Assembly (NCBI GenBank): GCA_022827785.1
Contig: JAJEIM010000039.1
Span: 18,315-82,314 of the forward strand
DNA length: 64,000 bases
DNA from: Acidimicrobiia bacterium
GTDB lineage: Bacteria > Actinomycetota > Acidimicrobiia > Spongiisociales > Spongiisociaceae
Direction of reading: 5' to 3'
Shown: in pieces, positions 1 to 9,537 of the stretch
Layout of the letters: each line of letters begins with the position of its first letter
Position numbering within the stretch: position 1 is the stretch's first letter
The notes under the pieces: generated by a model
What the model was told of the DNA's origin: nothing
Database searches by the model: none
The model's input: the letters and a program-made list of their open reading frames with translations, nothing else
Made by a program: the position numbers and the translations under genes

Positions 1-1
1 C

Positions 2-442
2 GTGGTGACCGGTAGCCGGGGCGACGTGTACGACCGCTACCGGGTCCGGATCGGCGAGATGCACCAGTCGCTGCGCATAGTCGAGCAGGTGGCCGCCGCC
101 ATGCCCCGCGGCGACTACAAGACCGGCGACCGGAAGGTCTCCCCACCTCCCAGGCAGCGCATCGACGAGTCGATGGAGGCTCTCATCCATCATTTCAAGA
201 TCTACACGGAGGGTTTCAAGGTCCCCGCCGGGGAGACCTACGTGGCTATCGAGGCGCCGAGGGGGGAGTTGGGGTGTTACCTGGTGTCCGACGGGAGCGG
301 AGCGCCGTTGCGCATGCATACCAGGGCGCCTTCGTTCTCCAACCTCCAGGCGCTTCCGATCATGATGGCGGACTCGCTAGTGGCGGACACGGTGGCCTGC
401 ATAGCGTCGCTGGACCCGGTGATGGGCGATGTGGATCGGTAG
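2..442 (+). CDS. nuoD: NADH-quinone oxidoreductase subunit D, C-terminal part (5' end lies outside the window)
   Basis: The ORF runs off the 5' edge. The C-terminal sequence (HTRAPSFSNLQALP...SLDPVMGDVDR) is the conserved NuoD/49-kDa subunit terminus, and nuoE-N follow in canonical order. Confidence 0.9.
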   Translation: MVTGSRGDVYDRYRVRIGEMHQSLRIVEQVAAAMPRGDYKTGDRKVSPPPRQRIDESMEALIHHFKIYTEGFKVPAGETYVAIEAPRGELGCYLVSDGSGAPLRMHTRAPSFSNLQALPIMMADSLVADTVACIASLDPVMGDVDR

Positions 443-448
443 GCGGGG

Positions 449-2464
449 ATGACGTACGCCTGGTCGGAGGCCGCCGAGGAAAGGGCCCGGCAGATAATCG
501 CCAGCTACCCCCGGCCCCGCTCGGCGATGATGCCCCTCCTCTACATCGCCATGAAGGAGGATCTGGACCGGGGAGCGGACCGGCTCACCGAGGACGGCAT
601 GCGCCGGGTGGCGGACCTGGTGGGCGTGACTCCCGCCCAGGTGGTGGCGGTGGCCAGTTTCTACAGGATGTACAAGCGGGACCGGGTCGGGAAGTACCTG
701 GTGTCGGTGTGTACGTCCCTCTCGTGCTGGCTTGACGGCGCTGACGAGGTGCTCCATGCGGTCGAGGCCGAGGCCGGGGTGCCGGCAGGCCGCACCGACC
801 GCGACGGAACGATCACTCCCGAGCACGTCGAATGCATCGGTGCGTGCGGGGGGGCGCCCGCGGTCCAGGTCAACTACGAGTTCGTCGAGGGCGTCACGCC
901 CGGCAAGGCGAGGGACATGGTGCGCTGGCTTCGCTCCGAGGAGCCTGCGACGGTGACCGGTGACGAGCTCCAGACCAGGTTCGGCGGACGGACGGCGTTC
1001 CCCTGGGCCATCCCCGAACCGGCCGGCGCCTCCGGACCGGTTCCGGCCTGCGCGTCCCTGGGCACCGCGGTCCCGTCCAATGGCCGGGTCCCGGACCTGG
1101 ACACGTCGGAGACCGTCGGCAACGGCGATCTTCCGATGATCCTCACCGACCGGATGAACCGGCATCCGGTGAACAGCCACGCACTGGCCACCTACGAGGC
1201 CACCGGGGGTTACTCGGCCCTCCGCCGGGTGCTCGGCGACCCGGGCATGACCCCGGCCGGTATCACGGACGACATCAAGGCTTCCATGCTGCGGGGCCGC
1301 GGCGGGGCCGGGTTCCCTGCCGGTGTCAAGTGGAGCTTCCTGGCGCCGGCCCGCCCGTCATACCTGGTGGTCAACGCCGACGAGTCGGAGCCGGGCACAT
1401 TCAAGGACCGCCAGCTCATGGAGCGGGATCCGCACCAGATGCTCGAGGGCATCGTGATCGCCTCCTACGCTTCCGAGGTGAACCACGCCTTCGTGTACAT
1501 CCGGGGCGAGTACCCCAAAGCGGCCCGCCGGGTCGAGGCCGCTGTCGAGGAGGCCTACCGGGCCGGATACCTGGGTCGGGACATTCTCGGATCGGGCTAC
1601 GACCTGGAAGTGACCGTCCACCTCGGCGCCGGCGCCTACATCTGCGGGGAGGAGACCGCCCTGCTCAACAGCTTGGAGGGCAGGCGTGGCGAGCCCCGGC
1701 TGAAGCCGCCCTACTTCCCCGCCGCCAAGGGCCTCTACATGATGCCCACCATCGTGAACAACGTCGAGACCCTGGCCAACGTTCCCTGGATCATCATGGC
1801 GGGCGGTGCGGCCTATGCGGCCATCGGCCCGGAGGGTTCGCCGGGCAAGCGGATGTGCTCCATCTCCGGTCATGTCAACCGCCCCGGCAACTACGAGATC
1901 GTGGAGGGGCTGACCTGGCGGGATCTGATCTTCGACCTGGCGGGAGGCATCCGCAACGGGAACCGGCTCAAGGCGTGGGTGCCGGGCGGGGCCTCGGCGC
2001 CCTGGTTCGTCCCGGAACTCCACCTCGACACCGAGGTGACCAAGGAGGCGATCGACGGGAACGGATCGATGACCGGCTCCGGAGCGGTCATCGTGATGGA
2101 CCACACCACCGACATGGTGGCGGCGGCCGAGCGCCTGGTGCGGTTCTTCGCCCACGAGTCCTGCGGGCAGTGCACTCCGTGCCGCGAGGGGACCGTCTGG
2201 ATCGACCTGATCCTGCGGCGCATCATGGACCGCCAGGGCCGCCCGGTGGACCCTGACCTGCTCCTGGACGTGTCCGACAACATCTCGCCCGGACTCAACT
2301 GGCCCCCCGCGATGACCACCATCTGCCCGCTCGGGCCCTCGGCGGTGTCCCCGGTGGTGTCCCTACTCCGGTACTTCCGCGATGAGGTGGACGGCTACCT
2401 GGAGCAGGCCGACCTGCTGCAACAGGCCAACCTGGTGCCCGTGTCGATCGGCGCGACGCGATGA
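449..2464 (+). CDS. nuoEF: Fused NADH-quinone oxidoreductase subunits E and F (NuoE-NuoF in one polypeptide)
   Basis: Single uninterrupted 671-codon ORF. The first ~165 aa are NuoE-like (2Fe-2S ligands CTSLSC and CIGACGGAP), followed by a ~65-aa Pro/Gly/Ser linker. The last ~440 aa are NuoF-like (GRGGAGFPAGVKW, GAGAYICGEETALLNSLEG, ESCGQCTPCREG). Confidence 0.9.
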   Translation: MTYAWSEAAEERARQIIASYPRPRSAMMPLLYIAMKEDLDRGADRLTEDGMRRVADLVGVTPAQVVAVASFYRMYKRDRVGKYLVSVCTSLSCWLDGADEVLHAVEAEAGVPAGRTDRDGTITPEHVECIGACGGAPAVQVNYEFVEGVTPGKARDMVRWLRSEEPATVTGDELQTRFGGRTAFPWAIPEPAGASGPVPACASLGTAVPSNGRVPDLDTSETVGNGDLPMILTDRMNRHPVNSHALATYEATGGYSALRRVLGDPGMTPAGITDDIKASMLRGRGGAGFPAGVKWSFLAPARPSYLVVNADESEPGTFKDRQLMERDPHQMLEGIVIASYASEVNHAFVYIRGEYPKAARRVEAAVEEAYRAGYLGRDILGSGYDLEVTVHLGAGAYICGEETALLNSLEGRRGEPRLKPPYFPAAKGLYMMPTIVNNVETLANVPWIIMAGGAAYAAIGPEGSPGKRMCSISGHVNRPGNYEIVEGLTWRDLIFDLAGGIRNGNRLKAWVPGGASAPWFVPELHLDTEVTKEAIDGNGSMTGSGAVIVMDHTTDMVAAAERLVRFFAHESCGQCTPCREGTVWIDLILRRIMDRQGRPVDPDLLLDVSDNISPGLNWPPAMTTICPLGPSAVSPVVSLLRYFRDEVDGYLEQADLLQQANLVPVSIGATR

Positions 2465-4896
2465 GCGGCGGAGAGCGGGAGATGGTCGGCCTGACGATCG
2501 ACGGCGTGGAGGTGGAGGCGCCCGCCGGGGAGTTGCTGATCAAGGCGGCCGAGGACAACGGCACCCACATCCCGCGCTTCTGCTGGCACCCGCGGATGAA
2601 CCCGGTGGGGATGTGCCGGATGTGCCTGGTCGAGATCGAGACTCCTCGGGGCAGGATCATCGTCCCCTCCTGCATGCAGCCGGTCAACGAGGGAATGGTG
2701 GCGTACACGGAGTCGGCGCCCGCCAAGAAGGCGCAGGAAGGGGTTCTCGAGTTCCTCCTGGCTAACCATCCTCTCGACTGCCCGGTGTGCGACAAGGGCG
2801 GTGAGTGCCCGCTCCAGGACCAGACCATGTCCTACGGCCCCGGGGAGAGCCGCTTCGTGGAGGAGAAGCGCCATTTCGCCAAGCCGGTACCCATCAGCGA
2901 TCTGGTCCTGCTCGACCGGGAACGCTGCATCCTCTGCGCCCGCTGCACCAGGTTCTCGGACGAGATCTCGGGGGATCCGCTGATCGAGTTCCAGGGCCGG
3001 AGTGGCCACACCCAGGTGCTCACTTTCCCGGACGAACCGTTCAACTCCTATTTCTCGGGTAACACCGTGCAGATATGCCCGGTCGGGGCCTTGACCGCCG
3101 TCCCCTACCGCTTCCGGGCTCGACCCTGGGACCTCACCATCGGCGAGAGCACCGGGACGCTTCACACCGAGGGCGCCGGCCTCTCGGTCCACGTCTCCCA
3201 GAACCGCGTGCTCCGCTTCCTGGGTCTCGACATCGGGGCCACCAACCAGGGTTGGCTGTCCGACAAGGAACGGTTCGGCTTCGAGTTCATCGCTTCTCCC
3301 GAGCGGCTCCGCACCCCGCTGATCAAGGACGGGGCCGGATTCAGGGAGGCCGGGTGGGGCGAAGCACTGGACCTGGTGGCGGAGCGGCTCCGGCCTGCGA
3401 TCACCTCGGGGAATGGAGAGTCGGTCGCGGCGCTCGGCGGGGCGCGGGGCACCAACGAGGACGCCTACGCCCTGTCCAAGTTCATGCGGCTGACGGTGGG
3501 GTCGGACAACCTCGACGCCCGGCTCGGCGACGGCCTCCCCGCCAGGCTCCTCACCGGGTTGGCGGGTCGCGGCCGGATAGACGACCTCGAGACCGCTCGC
3601 ACCATCCTGCTGTGGGGCCCGGACCTCAAGGAGACCCACCCCATCCTCTACCTGCGGGTCAGGCGGGCCGCCCAAGAGTTGGGAGCGACGCTGGTCGTGG
3701 TCCATCCGCGCCGGACCGGGTTGGACGACCGAGCCGCCCACAAGCTGACCTACCGGCCCGGAGAGGGCTCGCAACTCCTGGACCGGCTGAAGGACGGCGC
3801 CGGGGAGCTCGGGGCGGTGCGGGAGGCGCTGGACCAGGGCCCCCTGGTCGCGCTGGTGGGGCGTCCCGGACTGGCCGAGGACCCCCGGCTGGCCGAGTCG
3901 GTGGCGGCCTTCGCCCGCTCCCTCGACGCGTCCCTGCTCCCGCTCGTCCATCGTGGTAACACCTTCGGAGCGCTCGACATGGGGGTGGCGCCCGGCCTGC
4001 TCCCGGGCCGCCTGCCGGTCGAGGGCGCGGCGGGACGCCTGGTCGACGCATGGGGCGCCGTGCCGCCGGGCCAGGGCCTCGACGCCGTCGGGATCGCCGC
4101 CGCCTGCAGTGCGGGGGAGATCGACGTGCTCATCCTGTGCGGCGCCGATCCGGCCCGCGACCTGGTGGGTTTCGACGGCTCCGCCGCCCTGTCCGGGGCC
4201 GGATTCGTGGTGGCGTTGGACCTCTTCCTCACCGACTCCTCCAGCCGGGCCGATGTGGTGCTCCCTGCGCTTGGTTTCGGCGAGAAGAAGGGCACGGTGA
4301 CCAACCTGGAGGGCCGGGTCCAGATGGTGAACCGGCTGGTGCCCGGACCCGGACAGGCGCGGGCCGACTGGTCGGTCCTGGATGACCTCGCCGATCGCCT
4401 CGGCCGCCCGCTCAACCTGGGCTCGGAGCGGGACATCGCCGAAGAGATCGCCCGGCTGGCGCCCGCCTACGCCGGCATCACCTGGGATCACCTCGAATGG
4501 GACGCCCAGGAGGGTGAGGTCGCCCCGATCGACCCGGCCGACCAGCCGTTCCTCCACGAGCCCCGCCATCAGGATCTCGACGGCCGGCTCGACGGCCACA
4601 CTCTCCACCTGGCCCGTACCCTCTACGACGACGGTGTGCTGCTCCGCCACTGCCCCTCCCTGGCGCCGCTGGCGCCGGGAGCGAGCGCCTACCTGACCCC
4701 GGCCCACGCCGCTTCGCTGGCGGTGACGGAGGGCGATGAGGTGGTGGTCCGGGCCGGGGATCGGGCGGTGCGGTTGCCGGTGCGGATCGATCCGAGCCTG
4801 GCTGAGGGGTCGGTGTACATCCCCTTCAACCAGCCCGGCCTGGAAGTCGTGGGCAACGCGCTCGGCGTTAGCGTTACCGCGGGGGAGCCGTCCTGA
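2461..4896 (+). CDS. nuoG: NADH-quinone oxidoreductase subunit G
   Basis: 811 aa with N-terminal Fe-S motifs (CRMCLVE, HPLDCPVCDKGGECPLQD, CILCARCTRF) and a molybdopterin-oxidoreductase-like remainder. ATGA overlap with the upstream gene. Confidence 0.93.
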   Translation: MSGGEREMVGLTIDGVEVEAPAGELLIKAAEDNGTHIPRFCWHPRMNPVGMCRMCLVEIETPRGRIIVPSCMQPVNEGMVAYTESAPAKKAQEGVLEFLLANHPLDCPVCDKGGECPLQDQTMSYGPGESRFVEEKRHFAKPVPISDLVLLDRERCILCARCTRFSDEISGDPLIEFQGRSGHTQVLTFPDEPFNSYFSGNTVQICPVGALTAVPYRFRARPWDLTIGESTGTLHTEGAGLSVHVSQNRVLRFLGLDIGATNQGWLSDKERFGFEFIASPERLRTPLIKDGAGFREAGWGEALDLVAERLRPAITSGNGESVAALGGARGTNEDAYALSKFMRLTVGSDNLDARLGDGLPARLLTGLAGRGRIDDLETARTILLWGPDLKETHPILYLRVRRAAQELGATLVVVHPRRTGLDDRAAHKLTYRPGEGSQLLDRLKDGAGELGAVREALDQGPLVALVGRPGLAEDPRLAESVAAFARSLDASLLPLVHRGNTFGALDMGVAPGLLPGRLPVEGAAGRLVDAWGAVPPGQGLDAVGIAAACSAGEIDVLILCGADPARDLVGFDGSAALSGAGFVVALDLFLTDSSSRADVVLPALGFGEKKGTVTNLEGRVQMVNRLVPGPGQARADWSVLDDLADRLGRPLNLGSERDIAEEIARLAPAYAGITWDHLEWDAQEGEVAPIDPADQPFLHEPRHQDLDGRLDGHTLHLARTLYDDGVLLRHCPSLAPLAPGASAYLTPAHAASLAVTEGDEVVVRAGDRAVRLPVRIDPSLAEGSVYIPFNQPGLEVVGNALGVSVTAGEPS

Positions 4897-5981
4897 TGGA
4901 CTGGATCGACCTGGGTCTGGTGGCGCTCCGGGTGGTGGTGGTCTTCGTACTGCTCCAGGTGGTGACCATCCTGCTCATCTGGTTCGAGCGCAAGGTGGTC
5001 GCCGACATGCAGAACCGGGTCGGCCCCGAGCGAGCCGGTCCGTGGGGGATACTCCAGACAGTGGCCGACGGTTTGAAGCTGTTCTTCAAGGAGCAGGTAA
5101 CGCCCCGCAAGGTCGAGCTCGGCCTCTACCTGGCCGCTCCGATGCTGGCCGCCGTTCCCGCCTTCCTCATGTTCATGGTGGTGCCCTTCGGCCGCCCTGT
5201 CCGGATCAACCTGGGAGGCCAGGAGCGGCTGATCCCCATCCAGGGCGCCGACCTCAACATCGGCCTGCTCTACGTGCTCGCCATGTCGTCGGTGGCAGTG
5301 TATGCGGTGGTGCTGGCCGGCTGGTCCTCGGGCTCCAAGTATCCGTTGCTCGGCGGGGTCAGGGCCACCGCCCAAGCCATCTCCTACGAAGCGGCCATGG
5401 GCCTGTCTCTGGTGCCGGTGGTGCTCTTCACCGGCACGCTCAGCCTCTCTGAGATAGTGGCCGCCCAGTCGGGGAGCCTGACCTTCTTCGACCGGGCGCT
5501 CAGCCTCCCGGCCTGGAACGTCTTCGTTCTCGCTCCCTCCTTCCTGATCTTCTTCATCGCCGCGGTGGCGGAGACCAACCGGGCGCCCTTCGACCTGGTG
5601 GAGGCGGAGCAGGAGATCGTCGGCGGGTTCCACACCGAATACTCCGGGCTTCGCTTCGCGCTGTTCTTCCTGGCCGAGTACATCAACATCTTCACCATGT
5701 CGGCCCTGGCCGTGACCCTTTTCCTGGGAGGGTGGTCGGGTCCCACATGGGACGGCACGCTGCCGCTGCTCGTGAGCGCCATCCTCCCGACCGTGTGGTT
5801 CATGCTGAAGGTGGTGTTGTTCCTGTTCATGTACGTATGGCTGCGCGCCACGCTCCCGCGCCTCCGCTACGACCAGCTGATGACGCTCGGCTGGAAACGG
5901 CTGATACCGGCCTCGCTGGTGTGGTTGTTCTTCATCGGAGGGGCGATGGCTGTGCGGCAGTTCGGGCTTCCGTGGGGGTGA
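4896..5981 (+). CDS. nuoH: NADH-quinone oxidoreductase subunit H
   Basis: 361-aa polytopic membrane protein with ND1/NuoH signatures ([27 protein letters not shown]; [16 protein letters not shown]). Start overlaps the nuoG stop. Confidence 0.93.
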   Translation: MDWIDLGLVALRVVVVFVLLQVVTILLIWFERKVVADMQNRVGPERAGPWGILQTVADGLKLFFKEQVTPRKVELGLYLAAPMLAAVPAFLMFMVVPFGRPVRINLGGQERLIPIQGADLNIGLLYVLAMSSVAVYAVVLAGWSSGSKYPLLGGVRATAQAISYEAAMGLSLVPVVLFTGTLSLSEIVAAQSGSLTFFDRALSLPAWNVFVLAPSFLIFFIAAVAETNRAPFDLVEAEQEIVGGFHTEYSGLRFALFFLAEYINIFTMSALAVTLFLGGWSGPTWDGTLPLLVSAILPTVWFMLKVVLFLFMYVWLRATLPRLRYDQLMTLGWKRLIPASLVWLFFIGGAMAVRQFGLPWG

Positions 5982-5982
5982 C

Positions 5983-6663
5983 ATGGGACCGGTAGAGGCA
6001 TTCCTGCGAGGGATGGCGGTGACCGGCCGCCAGTTCATCGCCACCATCACCGGCCGGGGCCTGGTCACCACCCGGTACCCGAAGGTGATGCGGGAGAAGC
6101 CGCAGCGCTTCCACGGCCGGCACGTCCTCAACCGCTACGAGGACGGGATGGAGAAGTGCATCGGCTGCGAGCTGTGTGCGGGCGCCTGTCCGGCCCGCTG
6201 CATCTACGTCCGGGGGGCCGACAACCCGGTGGACGAGCCGGTGAGCCCGGGGGAGCGATACGGCTTCGTGTACGAGATCAACATGCTGCGCTGCATCTTC
6301 TGCGGTCTCTGCGTTGAGGCCTGTCCCACCGAGGCCATCACCCACACGCAGCTGTTCGAGATGTCGACCACCAACCGGTCCGACGCCATATACACCAAGA
6401 CCGAGTTGCTGGTGGACGGAGACGGCCGGCCCAACCACATGTTCGACACGGACCGGTTCGCCGACTTCGACGAGTTGGCCAAGGCCGACGGATGGATGCG
6501 GGCCACGGCCCCCCAGGGCCGGGCCGCCTACGAGGGCCGGGTCGCCTGGTCGGATTCCGCGGGCGTGGGTGTCCGCCCGCCGGAGCGCGGCCAGTCCGGG
6601 CTTCCCGACGAGGCCGTCGCGGATGAAGGGGCGGCTGCGACATCGGAAGGCGCCGACGGCTGA
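5983..6663 (+). CDS. nuoI: NADH-quinone oxidoreductase subunit I (with a C-terminal Ala/Gly-rich extension)
   Basis: Two 4Fe-4S ferredoxin motifs, [12 protein letters not shown] and [12 protein letters not shown]. About 55 extra C-terminal residues beyond the ferredoxin core. Confidence 0.92.
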   Translation: MGPVEAFLRGMAVTGRQFIATITGRGLVTTRYPKVMREKPQRFHGRHVLNRYEDGMEKCIGCELCAGACPARCIYVRGADNPVDEPVSPGERYGFVYEINMLRCIFCGLCVEACPTEAITHTQLFEMSTTNRSDAIYTKTELLVDGDGRPNHMFDTDRFADFDELAKADGWMRATAPQGRAAYEGRVAWSDSAGVGVRPPERGQSGLPDEAVADEGAAATSEGADG

Positions 6664-7247
6664 TGGTCGAGCTGGTCATCTTCGTGCTCATGGGGGCGGT
6701 GACCCTCGCCGGAGCCATCGGAGTGGTCCGGGCCCGCAACCCCGTGTACGGGGCGATGGGCCTGATGGCCACCCTTTTCGCCCTGGCGGTCTTCTATGTG
6801 GTCCACCTGGCGCACTTCGTGGCGGTGGTGCAGGTGATCGTCTATGCCGGAGCGGTCATCACCCTGTTCCTCTTCGTAATCATGTTCGTGGGCGTGGACC
6901 GGGCCGAGGACCTCAAGGAGAAGCTGGCGGTGCAGCGACCGGTGGCGCTGATCGTCCTGGTGGGGGTGGTGGTACTCGCCGGCGTGCTGGTGGTTACCGG
7001 CCGCTTCGACTGGGTGATCTCCTCCGGCGAGCCTCCGGTGGTGCGCGGGACCATCGAGGAGATCGGCGAGAACCTCATCTCGATCGGTTCGCCGTCCGAC
7101 CGCCAGGCCTCCAGGTGGCTGCTGCCGTTCGAGGCCACGTCCCTGCTCCTCATCGTGGCGGCCGTGGGGGCGATCGCCCTGGCCTTCTACCGCCCGCGCC
7201 GCAAGGACGAGCCACCCGCCGGCCCGGACACCGGCCCCGGGTCATGA
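6663..7247 (+). CDS. nuoJ: NADH-quinone oxidoreductase subunit J
   Basis: 194-aa hydrophobic protein in the nuoJ position. Start overlaps the nuoI stop (TGATG). Confidence 0.88.
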   Translation: MVELVIFVLMGAVTLAGAIGVVRARNPVYGAMGLMATLFALAVFYVVHLAHFVAVVQVIVYAGAVITLFLFVIMFVGVDRAEDLKEKLAVQRPVALIVLVGVVVLAGVLVVTGRFDWVISSGEPPVVRGTIEEIGENLISIGSPSDRQASRWLLPFEATSLLLIVAAVGAIALAFYRPRRKDEPPAGPDTGPGS

Positions 7248-7561
7248 TCGAGTCCGTGGTCGTCACCCCCGGCTGGTACATGACGCTGGCCGCCGTCCTG
7301 TTCCTCATCGGATCGGGCGGCCTCCTGCTACGCAACAACGCCCTCGTCATGTTCATGTCCGTGGAGCTGATGCTCAACGCCGTCAATCTCACCTTCGTGG
7401 CGGCCGCCCGCGCCCACGGTGACATCGGCGGGCAGATGGCGGTGCTGTTCGTGCTGGTGGTGGCGGCGGCCGAGGTGGCGGTCGGCCTGGCCATCATCGT
7501 GTCGATCTTCCGAACCCGCCGCACCGCCTCGGTGGACGAGCTATCGGAGTTGTCGGGATGA
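7244..7561 (+). CDS. nuoK: NADH-quinone oxidoreductase subunit K
   Basis: The ATG at 7244 overlaps the nuoJ stop (ATGA). The 105-aa product [51 protein letters not shown]... is a typical NuoK/ND4L. It is the C-terminal part of track ORF 6314..7561. Confidence 0.9.
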   Translation: MIESVVVTPGWYMTLAAVLFLIGSGGLLLRNNALVMFMSVELMLNAVNLTFVAAARAHGDIGGQMAVLFVLVVAAAEVAVGLAIIVSIFRTRRTASVDELSELSG

Positions 7562-7634
7562 GCCGTGCCCGCAGGGACGGTGGTCCGGCCGGCTGCTCCC
7601 GGGCCCCGGCGCCGCGCCCCGTCCGGGTGGCGCC

Positions 7635-9536
7635 ATGACCGGCTACCTCTGGATCGTCATCGTGCTGCCGCTGGCGGGCGCCCTTTTCAACCACTTTCTC
7701 GGACGCCGCATCGGGGAGCCCCGTGCCGCCGGCCCGGCCATCCTGGCGGTGCTCGGATCGTTCGCCTTCGCGGCCGTGGCGGCCCGGGACTTCTTCATCT
7801 CGGCCGGTTCCTCCGAGCAAGCGGTGGCGGTGGTGCACCTGTTCGACTGGATACCGGGCCTGGGCGCCAGGGCCGAGCTGCTCTGGGATCCCCTGTCGGC
7901 CACCATGACCCTGGTCGTAACAGGCGTGGGCGCCCTCATCCACATCTACTCGGTGGGGTACATGCACGGTGATCCCCGGTTCGGCCGGTTCTTCACCTAC
8001 CTGAACCTGTTCATCGCCTCGATGCTGATCCTGGTGCTGGCCAACAACTTCGCCCTCCTGTTCGTGGGCTGGGAGTTGGTGGGTCTCTGCTCCTACCTGC
8101 TGATCTCCTTCTGGTACACCCGTCCGTCGGCAGCCGCGGCCGGCAAGAAGGCGTTCGTGGTGAACCGGGTCGGGGACTTCGGCTTCATGGTGGCCCTGAT
8201 GATCATCTTCCTATCGTTCGGCACCCTCTCCTACACGGAGGTGCTCCACGATCCCGGAACGGTGATCGGCGCCGGCACCGCCACCGCCATCGGCCTGCTG
8301 TTGCTGGTGGGTGCCGCCGGCAAGTCGGCCCAGCTCCCCCTTCACGTATGGCTGCCCGACGCCATGGAAGGCCCCACTCCGGTGTCGGCCCTGATCCATG
8401 CCGCCACAATGGTCACGGCGGGCGTCTACATGGTGGCGCGGTGCGCGGCCATCTTCGGCCTGTCGGATGTGGCCGGCGGGGTCGTAGCCACGGTGGGGGC
8501 GCTCACGGCCCTGCTGGCGGCCACCATCGCCATCGCCCAGCGCGACATCAAGCGGGTGCTGGCCTACTCGACCATCAGCCAGCTGGGTTACATGTTCATG
8601 GCGGTGGGCGTGGCCGGATACGTGGCGGGCCTGTTCCATCTCGTCACGCACGCGGTCTTCAAGGCGCTGCTGTTCCTGGGGGCCGGATCGGTCATCCATG
8701 CCATGGCCGATCAGCAGGACATGAACAGGATGGGCGGTCTGCGCCGGAAGCTGCCGCTCACCCATGCCACCATGCTGATCGCCACCCTGTCGATAGCCGG
8801 CATCCCGCCGCTGGCGGGGTTCTGGTCGAAGGACGAGATCCTGGCGGTCATGTTCTATGCGGGCGGGTACTACACCGTGCTGTGGGCCGTGGGCCTGGTG
8901 ACCGCCCTGCTGACCGCTTTCTACATGGCGCGCCAGTACTTCATGGTCTTCTCCGGCGAAGGCCGCTGGGACGAGGGGGTGGACCCGCACGAGTCGCCCC
9001 GGGTCATGACCGTCCCGCTGGTGATCCTGGGCGCCCTGACACTGGTGATCGGTTTCGTCAACACCCCGTTCCGGCTGAGCTTCGAGCATTTCCTCGATCC
9101 TGTGTTCCACTCGGTTCCGGTGGCGCACGCCCCCGAGGACGGCTTCCTGCTGGCGGCGCTCGCGCTGGTCTCGGTGGCCGCAGGGCTGGTGGGCATCCTC
9201 ATCGCCTACCTGATCTACGGGCGGGCTTCGGAGGAGGTCCGGGAGCGCCTGCTGGGCCGGGTGCGCCGGCCCCTCATGGCCTGGGAGCACGGCTACTGGA
9301 TCGATGACGTGTACGGGAAGGTGATCGTCGAGCCGGGGCTGCGGATCGCGGATTGGAGCGCGGGCGTTCTGGACCAGCGCGCCATCGACGGGCTGGTCAA
9401 CGGGGTCGGGGTCGCGGTGCGCCGGCTCGGGGCCCGTCTGCGGCCTCTCCAGTCGGGATTCGTGCGTGCCTACGGCTCGCTGCTGGCTGCGGGCGCCCTC
9501 CTGGTGGTCGGCTGGATCGTGGTGAGGGGTATCTGA
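7635..9536 (+). CDS. nuoL: NADH-quinone oxidoreductase subunit L
   Basis: Track ORF 7419..9536. The plausible start is the ATG at 7635 (MTGYLWIVIVLPLAGALFNHFLG...). ND5/NuoL antiporter-like membrane protein. Confidence 0.9.
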   Translation: MTGYLWIVIVLPLAGALFNHFLGRRIGEPRAAGPAILAVLGSFAFAAVAARDFFISAGSSEQAVAVVHLFDWIPGLGARAELLWDPLSATMTLVVTGVGALIHIYSVGYMHGDPRFGRFFTYLNLFIASMLILVLANNFALLFVGWELVGLCSYLLISFWYTRPSAAAAGKKAFVVNRVGDFGFMVALMIIFLSFGTLSYTEVLHDPGTVIGAGTATAIGLLLLVGAAGKSAQLPLHVWLPDAMEGPTPVSALIHAATMVTAGVYMVARCAAIFGLSDVAGGVVATVGALTALLAATIAIAQRDIKRVLAYSTISQLGYMFMAVGVAGYVAGLFHLVTHAVFKALLFLGAGSVIHAMADQQDMNRMGGLRRKLPLTHATMLIATLSIAGIPPLAGFWSKDEILAVMFYAGGYYTVLWAVGLVTALLTAFYMARQYFMVFSGEGRWDEGVDPHESPRVMTVPLVILGALTLVIGFVNTPFRLSFEHFLDPVFHSVPVAHAPEDGFLLAALALVSVAAGLVGILIAYLIYGRASEEVRERLLGRVRRPLMAWEHGYWIDDVYGKVIVEPGLRIADWSAGVLDQRAIDGLVNGVGVAVRRLGARLRPLQSGFVRAYGSLLAAGALLVVGWIVVRGI

Positions 9537-9537
9537 C

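Noticed and set aside
2395-4707. 770-aa ORF on the minus strand antisense to nuoG. Similar long antisense or alternate-frame ORFs occur at 8211-9854, 12633-13817, 14933-16603, 27552-29450, 35391-36608, 39245-40609 and 62629-63690.
   Set aside because: Each fully overlaps a gene with unmistakable family motifs on the other strand or frame. Their translations are Arg/Pro/Gly/His-rich low-complexity strings, typical of stop-poor off-frames in ~70% GC DNA. No domain signatures are recognisable.
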